Part shown: piece after piece, positions 34,833 to 40,000 of the stretch
How the letters are laid out: each line of letters opens with the position of its first letter
Position numbering within the stretch: the stretch's first letter is position 1
Source of the DNA: Spartinivicinus ruber
Lineage (GTDB): Bacteria > Pseudomonadota > Gammaproteobacteria > Pseudomonadales > Zooshikellaceae
Direction: 5' to 3'
Length of the DNA stretch: 40,000 nt
Assembly: GCF_011009015.1 (NCBI RefSeq)
Contig: NZ_CP048878.1
Coordinates: 2,656,354-2,696,353, forward strand
The notes under the pieces: model-generated
What the model saw: only the letters and a program-made list of their open reading frames with translations
Database searches by the model: none
Told to the model about the DNA's origin: nothing
Position numbers and translations under genes: made by a program

Positions 34833-35904
34833 CTTGTTAAAACAGCCCAACATCTGGAGCACAAGCTTTTAATGTTATTTTTCTTATTCACAAATACATT
34901 CCATGCCTCACAACAAGACTCAACAATATCATTGAAATTTTTAAAACAACGATTTGCCAGTGAATCTTCTCTCAGTTTTTCCCATATCCGCTCTACCGGG
35001 TTAAGCTCTGGGGAAACGGGTGGTAAATTTAATAGCGTGATATTCGCAGGTATTTCTAGGCGATGAGTCGTATGCCATGCCGCTTGATCAACGATAACCA
35101 GTCCGTGTCTTCCCTTAGAAATGGCTTTTGAAATTTCTGTTAAGTGCAACCTCATTGCTTCTGTGTTAGCAATAGGTAATACAAGAGCCACTCCTCTATC
35201 TTTAGCAGGACACACAGCGCCAAAGAGATAAGCTGACTCAAACTGTTGTTGCTTTACCACTCGTGGACGCGTACCTTTCTCTGCCCAAATACGCGTACAG
35301 GTATTTTGCTGACCCACTCTGGCTTCATCTTGAAACCAAATATCAACTTTATCTGGAGAAACGCATGAGGGAAGTACTTTTAAGGCCTCTTTTTCAAAGT
35401 TTTTTTAAATGCTTGCTGTTTATCTGGGCGATGATTAGGATGTTTAGATCTTGATGTAATCCAAGAAAGTCCTGCTTTATGCAATACTTCATAAATACTA
35501 CTTAAGCTGTAGTCTATATTAAATTGTTCCAGCAGCAACTGTTGTATGTCTTTACCCTGAACTCTACCGCCTTGACGATGGTTTTGTAAGGTAATAACCG
35601 CTGCTTTAAATTCATTATATTGTGAAGGACAAAGAAACGGTTTTTTTCCTCTACCGGGTTGTTCATAAAGTCCTTCAAGGCCATCTCGTCTAAAACGGTT
35701 GAGCCAGTCCTGAATGGTATTGTTTGATTTCCTTAATGCTCGTGCTATTTCAGTTTGAGACCAACCTGCTTGTAAATGAGCCATCGCTAATAAGCGAAGC
35801 CGTGTTCTTGGATGTGGTTCTCTGTTCAGTAAGGCATCAAAGTCGTAGTCATACAATTCATCTGGAATAGAAGCAATCCTTGCCATTATTAAATTCCTAG
35901 TCAA
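34829..35904 (-). CDS. IS630-family transposase (two frames joined at an A7 run)
   Basis: The N-part has an HTH (35904-35380). The C-part has WFQDEARVGQQ...QQQFESAYLFGAVCP...LNPVERIWEKLR. The -1 frame is open from the A7 run and gives ...QQAFKKNFEKEALKVLP.... Confidence 0.8.
35400..35406 (-). promoter_or_regulatory. A7 slippage site joining the IS630 transposase frames
   Basis: The minus strand reads TTT AAA AAA ACT. A -1 shift yields AAA AAC TTT GAA = KNFE, continuing the typical AFKKNF motif. Confidence 0.55.
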
Positions 35905-36076
35905 ATTAAGTGAAATACTGTGACCAGGTATTTTACAGATTATTTACCACGATTGGTATAAGGGGTTAAAGGATGCTCCTGTTTCTGATATAAATTCAAG
36001 TAACCCTGAACTAACAAAATGGTTAAATGGTGCATTTCGAACCCACACACACAATATAAAAGGTGGGCAGGACATT

Positions 36077-36355
36077 ATGGGGACTACTGGTATACTCGAT
36101 GTTACTGGTTTTTCTCAAGAAAAAGTAGATGCGCTGTTAAAAGTAATAAATGAAACGAAAGCAAGCCGATATGAAAACCCAAGTAATCCTGAGGATATAG
36201 AAAACATAGAGAATTTTGTTGTGGTTGATCGTCAAAAAGAAACTGTAGACTGGCATATTACTGAAGATCAGTTAACTAATATTTGGGAGAGTAAATTTGC
36301 TAAAAGCCAGCAAGATGAGGATGGCTTTGGTGGATTATTCGGAGACGGAGAGTAA
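36077..36355 (+). CDS. Hypothetical acidic 92-aa protein
   Basis: ATG with AAGGTG upstream, followed by a terminator. Confidence 0.5.
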   Translation: MGTTGILDVTGFSQEKVDALLKVINETKASRYENPSNPEDIENIENFVVVDRQKETVDWHITEDQLTNIWESKFAKSQQDEDGFGGLFGDGE

Positions 36356-36361
36356 CCATAA

Positions 36362-36388
36362 AAGCCCTTTTTTCTAAAGGGCTTTTTA
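36362..36388. terminator. Bidirectional rho-independent terminator
   Basis: AAAGCCCTTttttctaAAGGGCTTTtt: a 9-bp stem with an A-run before it and a T-run after it, between convergent genes. Confidence 0.7.
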
Positions 36389-36419
36389 GTTTGTTAGCTC
36401 TACAACCGTTGAGAAGAAT

Positions 36420-36729
36420 CTAATCACTTTGTATTTTAAAGCTTTCAGCAATAGGATTTAATAAACTTGGTTTATCTATTGCTTGAGCTGTAAATGAATC
36501 ATAGAGCTTTGTTGTAAATAACTCTGCAAAATGATTCGTATCATTCATCATTGGATTAAGCCAGTTTAAAATTATATCTTCCTGTTCAAGTAACATAAGT
36601 AGCATTGACTTTTCATGTATTATTTTTAGCTTTTTATGACCAGATAACGTGATTATTATCATTTAACCCAAGCCTCTGACAAAAATGGCCCCATGTAAAG
36701 TTATTACTTAAAGCAAATTGTCCACACAT
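36420..36729 (-). pseudogene. SRAP/YedK (DUF159)-family remnant
   Basis: The N-terminus MCGQFALS... (the SRAP Cys2 signature MCGRF) at 36729 stops after 31 codons. A second frame (36662-36420) reads IIITLSGHKKLKIIHEKSMLLMLLEQEDIILNWLNP, compared with the SRAP pattern IITT..N....iH.RMPviL...d...WLdp. About 110 central residues are missing. Confidence 0.55.
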
Positions 36730-36755
36730 GCTTTCATCCTTGAATGTGCTTACTT

Positions 36756-38027
36756 TCAGTATAGCGAGACTTTCGGCAGCTCATCCCAGTTAGTAAAAAA
36801 GTGAGGTGACAGGTGACGTCTTACTAACTTCCACGAAGGATTAATACCATTACTAGCTAAGAATAGCCCTTTAGGATAACGTCTATTGATGTCATCAACT
36901 ACTTGCATTAAGCGTTTAGATTTTGGTGTATCTAGCATGGGGGTGAACAAGTCTTGTTGTATAACTTGTTGCTCACAAATCTCACTCAACATGACTCCAG
37001 CCTTAGCATAGGCATGACCAGACCTGAAAATATGGTGAAGCCCTTGGGTTGCCATTTCTACCAGTAGTCGTGTATCAGAAGTTGGGTGGGGGAGCTGCAC
37101 CAAAGCGCTATTACGGTATTGTGGTACATCCGCAAAGGGGCTAGTACGAATAGAAACAGTAATGTTATGTGCAGATGATCCCTGGGCTCGTAGCTTTTCT
37201 GCCGCTCGTGCTGTATAGGTGCTAATCGCTTCTCTCAGATGCTCCAGCTTATAAAGGCGTTGTGAAAACGAACGACTACAGATGATTTGTTGCTTAGCGG
37301 GAGCTTCGTTTTCTAAATCAATACAAGACTCTCCATTAAGCTCTCGAACAGTACGCTCTAAAACAACACTATAGCGTTGTCGGATTAACGTGGGCGGCAT
37401 ACAGGCCAGGTCATAAGCCGTTTTCATCCCCATATTAGTAAGTGACTTATAAAGGCGGTGCCCAACCCCCCATATTTCCTCCAATGGCATGAGCTTGAGC
37501 AGTTCTTCTTGAATGGTTGAATCAGTTGCGTCAAATACACCACCCGTTTCAGGGTGCTGCTTAGCATAATGATTTGCAAGTTTGGCTAGCGTTTTTGTTT
37601 TAGCAATACCAATACTGACAGGTATGCCAACTTGCTTCATGACTTGTTTTTTAATCATTACAGAGTAATCAGAGATAGAATCAATAAACTTGCAATGAGT
37701 TAGCTCCATGAACATTTCATCAATAGAGTAACGCTCGGTGTCAGGTACGAATGACTCAAGTATCTGCATGACTCGCTCAGAGATAACCCCGTAATTTTCA
37801 TAGTTTGATGAAAATAGTTGAATATTATGTTGTTTAATCAGGTGCATTACTTGAAAAACTGGTACACCCATTTTGATGCCTAGTTTTTTTACTTCATTTG
37901 ACCGCGCAACAATACAGCCATCTTGGTTTGATAAGACAGCTATTGGCTTATTTTCCAGGTCAGGCCGGAACAAACGTTCACAACTTGCATAAAAATTGTT
38001 GCAATCAACAATAGCGATTTTTTTCAT
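36756..38027 (-). CDS. umuC: DNA polymerase V catalytic subunit UmuC (Y-family)
   Basis: MKKIAIVDCNNFYASCERLFRPDL...SIDEMF... is the Y-family signature. ATGA overlap with the umuD stop. I prefer the start at 38027 over 38066. Confidence 0.9.
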   Translation of the reverse strand: MKKIAIVDCNNFYASCERLFRPDLENKPIAVLSNQDGCIVARSNEVKKLGIKMGVPVFQVMHLIKQHNIQLFSSNYENYGVISERVMQILESFVPDTERYSIDEMFMELTHCKFIDSISDYSVMIKKQVMKQVGIPVSIGIAKTKTLAKLANHYAKQHPETGGVFDATDSTIQEELLKLMPLEEIWGVGHRLYKSLTNMGMKTAYDLACMPPTLIRQRYSVVLERTVRELNGESCIDLENEAPAKQQIICSRSFSQRLYKLEHLREAISTYTARAAEKLRAQGSSAHNITVSIRTSPFADVPQYRNSALVQLPHPTSDTRLLVEMATQGLHHIFRSGHAYAKAGVMLSEICEQQVIQQDLFTPMLDTPKSKRLMQVVDDINRRYPKGLFLASNGINPSWKLVRRHLSPHFFTNWDELPKVSLY

Positions 38028-38461
38028 GGATAGCTTTTGTGAATAATATAAACAACAACACCCCAAATGATGCAGTCTTGCTCTTTAATCTCGATAGGAG
38101 AAAAATTGGGGTTCATAGGAACAAGCCAGCTCTGAGCATCTTTAATCTTTAATTGTTTGACGGTTAAGTCTCCATCCAGAGCAGCAATAACAATATTCCC
38201 TGACTTGGCTTCTATCGAGCGGTCTACAACAAGTAAGTCTCCTGGCTGAATACCTCCATTGGTCATAGAATAGCCCGATGCTTTGACAAAGAAGGTCGCA
38301 GCGGGGTGTTTGACCATGTAATCGTGAAGGTTAATCTCAGCTGTCACATAGTCAGATGCAGGGCTTGGAAAACCTGCCTCTACTGCCTCTAGATAGAGTG
38401 GAGCCGTTTGAAGGCTATCTAGCTCAAGCAGTTGGGCTCTATCAACTTGTTCTACGCGCAT
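38024..38461 (-). CDS. umuD: UmuD (LexA-like S24 self-cleaving protein)
   Basis: VEAGFPSPA (Ala-Gly cleavage site), the Ser (ASGYSM) / Lys (TVKQL) dyad, and a LexA box upstream. Confidence 0.9.
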   Translation of the reverse strand: MRVEQVDRAQLLELDSLQTAPLYLEAVEAGFPSPASDYVTAEINLHDYMVKHPAATFFVKASGYSMTNGGIQPGDLLVVDRSIEAKSGNIVIAALDGDLTVKQLKIKDAQSWLVPMNPNFSPIEIKEQDCIIWGVVVYIIHKSYP

Positions 38462-38474
38462 TTTGTTCTCCGTA

Positions 38475-38494
38475 TACTGTATGTATGTACAGTA
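38475..38494. promoter_or_regulatory. LexA (SOS) box TACTGTATGTATGTACAGTA
   Basis: A perfect CTG-N10-CAG gammaproteobacterial consensus 13 nt upstream of the umuD start. Confidence 0.85.
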
Positions 38495-38738
38495 TTATAG
38501 TGTATAGCCTTTGTAGGACAAGATGTTTGTAAGTATTTGTGTTGATTAGAGCGTATAGGGTCAGCTAAGTTATTGAAGTGCAAGAAGTAGATGAAAATAT
38601 GGGGGTGTAGACTCAATGGCGTTAGGGCGAACCAATATGGAATCAAGGGCAGGTGTGTCTAGAGCAGACCTTATTGGTCTCAAATACTCAATTTCAATTT
38701 AATATTGTTCGAGGTTATTAGTTAGCTATTTAAAAATT

Positions 38739-39866
38739 TTAGAATCCTGGGAGTCCAGATACAGGAGCTCTGCATTCAACAACTCCCTGGGAACATTTGA
38801 CTCGTGTCCAGTACCTAACCATTGATCGTTGGAATCTTAATTCGTATTTTGGTATTGAAAATAGCCGGGATTCTACATCAGGAGAGGGGTAAATTGATTT
38901 GTCATTAACTATTTCATCTTCAACTAATGACGTTGAGGAGGGAACATTGTTTGCGTACCACACAAAATTAGATATTTTAGCAATAACTTCTGGTTCCATT
39001 AGATAGTTTAAGAAGGCATGGGCAGTTTTAAGGTTATTGCTATTGCTTGGTATGGCGACAGCATCTATCCAACGAGTTGAGCCTTCCTCTGGGATTATGT
39101 ATTTTAACTCATAGCCTTTTTTCTCTTCCTCTGCATCAGAAATAGCCTGAAAGATATCACCTGAGTAACCGATGGTAATACATATTTTTCCATCTTTTAG
39201 TCGATCAATATATTCTTCAGAATCGAAGTACTTTATTGTCGGTGCTATTTTTCTTAGGTGTTTAGAGGCTAATACTATATCTGAACGTTCTTTTGATTGT
39301 CCTGACTTTCCTAAGTAGTTTAGAGTTAAAGGGAAGATTTCAATTTCACTATCTAAGTAAGAAATACCACATGATGATAGTTTTTCTGCAAATACAGGAT
39401 CAAATACAAGTTTCCAGGAGTTAGGAATATTATCTTGATTGAGAGTTTTCTTTACCTGATCAACATTGATACCTAGCCCTACTGTTCCCCAAAGATAGGG
39501 AAGTATATACTCGTTAGTTGAGTCATACTTTTTTAAATCTGCTATGGAAGTGTCGGAAAGTTTATCAATATTAGGTAGAAGGCTTTTATCAAGTTTGTAT
39601 AGTACCTTCCGCTCTATAAGAGCTGGTACATAATCAACTGGTGGAAAAACTACATCGTAAGCATCTTCTTTGGACTTAACCAAAAACTTTTGTCTAAAAC
39701 CATCGAGGTCATCAAAAGTATCGTATTTTATATCTACGTTGTGTTTTTTTCCAAAGTCTTGTAGCACTGAGTCGTCAATGTATGCAGACCAATTTAAGAT
39801 TCTAAAAGACTTAGCAAAGGAGACTTCTGAGAAGATAAGAATAAGAAAAGCAAGTAAATAGTACAT
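38739..39866 (-). CDS. Polyamine (spermidine/putrescine) ABC transporter periplasmic binding protein, PotD/PotF-like
   Basis: Signal peptide, then LNWSAYIDDSVLQDFGKKHNVDIKYDTFDD, GYSGDIFQA and IPEEGSTRWIDAVAIPSNSNN..AHAFLNYLMEPEV, all typical of PotD/PotF. Confidence 0.75.
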   Translation of the reverse strand: MYYLLAFLILIFSEVSFAKSFRILNWSAYIDDSVLQDFGKKHNVDIKYDTFDDLDGFRQKFLVKSKEDAYDVVFPPVDYVPALIERKVLYKLDKSLLPNIDKLSDTSIADLKKYDSTNEYILPYLWGTVGLGINVDQVKKTLNQDNIPNSWKLVFDPVFAEKLSSCGISYLDSEIEIFPLTLNYLGKSGQSKERSDIVLASKHLRKIAPTIKYFDSEEYIDRLKDGKICITIGYSGDIFQAISDAEEEKKGYELKYIIPEEGSTRWIDAVAIPSNSNNLKTAHAFLNYLMEPEVIAKISNFVWYANNVPSSTSLVEDEIVNDKSIYPSPDVESRLFSIPKYELRFQRSMVRYWTRVKCSQGVVECRAPVSGLPGF

Positions 39867-40000
39867 CTACAACCTTCTTGTATATGACAACTATTATCTT
39901 ATAATAGCACATGGGTTTGATCAGCTATAGATAGATGTACCATAAAATTTTATTAAAGTGCAACGTTGCACCTAAGCAGAGGCCCAGATGATGAAGCTCA

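Larger units (their letters stand above)
34816..35956 (-). mobile_element. IS630/Tc1-mariner-family insertion sequence (1141 bp)
   Basis: Flanked by a TA duplication (34814-34815 and 35957-35958). The terminal IRs start CCAATC and match 18 of the first 26 positions. One transposase gene fills the element. Confidence 0.8.

Noticed and set aside
35924-36355. Open frame running from inside the IS630 end into ORF 36077, suggesting the effector-like gene continues after the IS
   Set aside because: Conceptual excision (IS plus one TA, 1143 bp) keeps the upstream frame and hits TAA after 3 codons. The downstream frame is different and partly made of IS sequence.
38452-38646. 64-aa minus-strand ORF upstream of umuD
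   Set aside because: It spans the LexA box and promoter region, has no SD, and has improbable composition.

Overview
The window has three parts. (1) 1-22.8 kb is the late region of a prophage, all on the + strand. It has an antirepressor, a lambda-like cos region, and lambda-type packaging and head genes (TerS, GpA-type TerL, gpW, portal, ClpP-type protease/scaffold, gpD-like decoration protein, gpE-like capsid). These are joined to a P2-type contractile tail (gpV spike + PAAR, W/J/I baseplate, tail fibre, sheath, tube, E/E+E' frameshift chaperone, tape measure, U, X, D). Four visibly AT-richer morons interrupt this operon, three of them antisense. (2) 22.8-30.2 kb is AT-richer accessory DNA. 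It holds a doubly frameshifted gene, a GYF-domain membrane protein and a SieB-like membrane protein. These are followed by an integron-type cassette array with five good attC sites and one degenerate one, and no integrase in view. The cassettes encode a TIR-like (COG4271/PF10137-type) protein split by an IS3-family element, a SLATT-like membrane protein and two uncharacterised ~200-aa membrane-anchored proteins. I consider this the best candidate for an undescribed (defence-type) system. (3) 30.2-40 kb is a decay zone: Dam methylase pseudogene, Mor-family pseudogene, tRNA-Leu-like fragment and a 32-aa CsrA-like mini-ORF. It also has a disordered effector-like protein clipped at its last codons by an IS630-family element. 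It ends with a LexA-boxed umuDC operon carrying a degraded SRAP/YedK remnant, and a PotD/PotF-like binding protein. All family assignments come from motif recognition by eye and memory; no searches were run.
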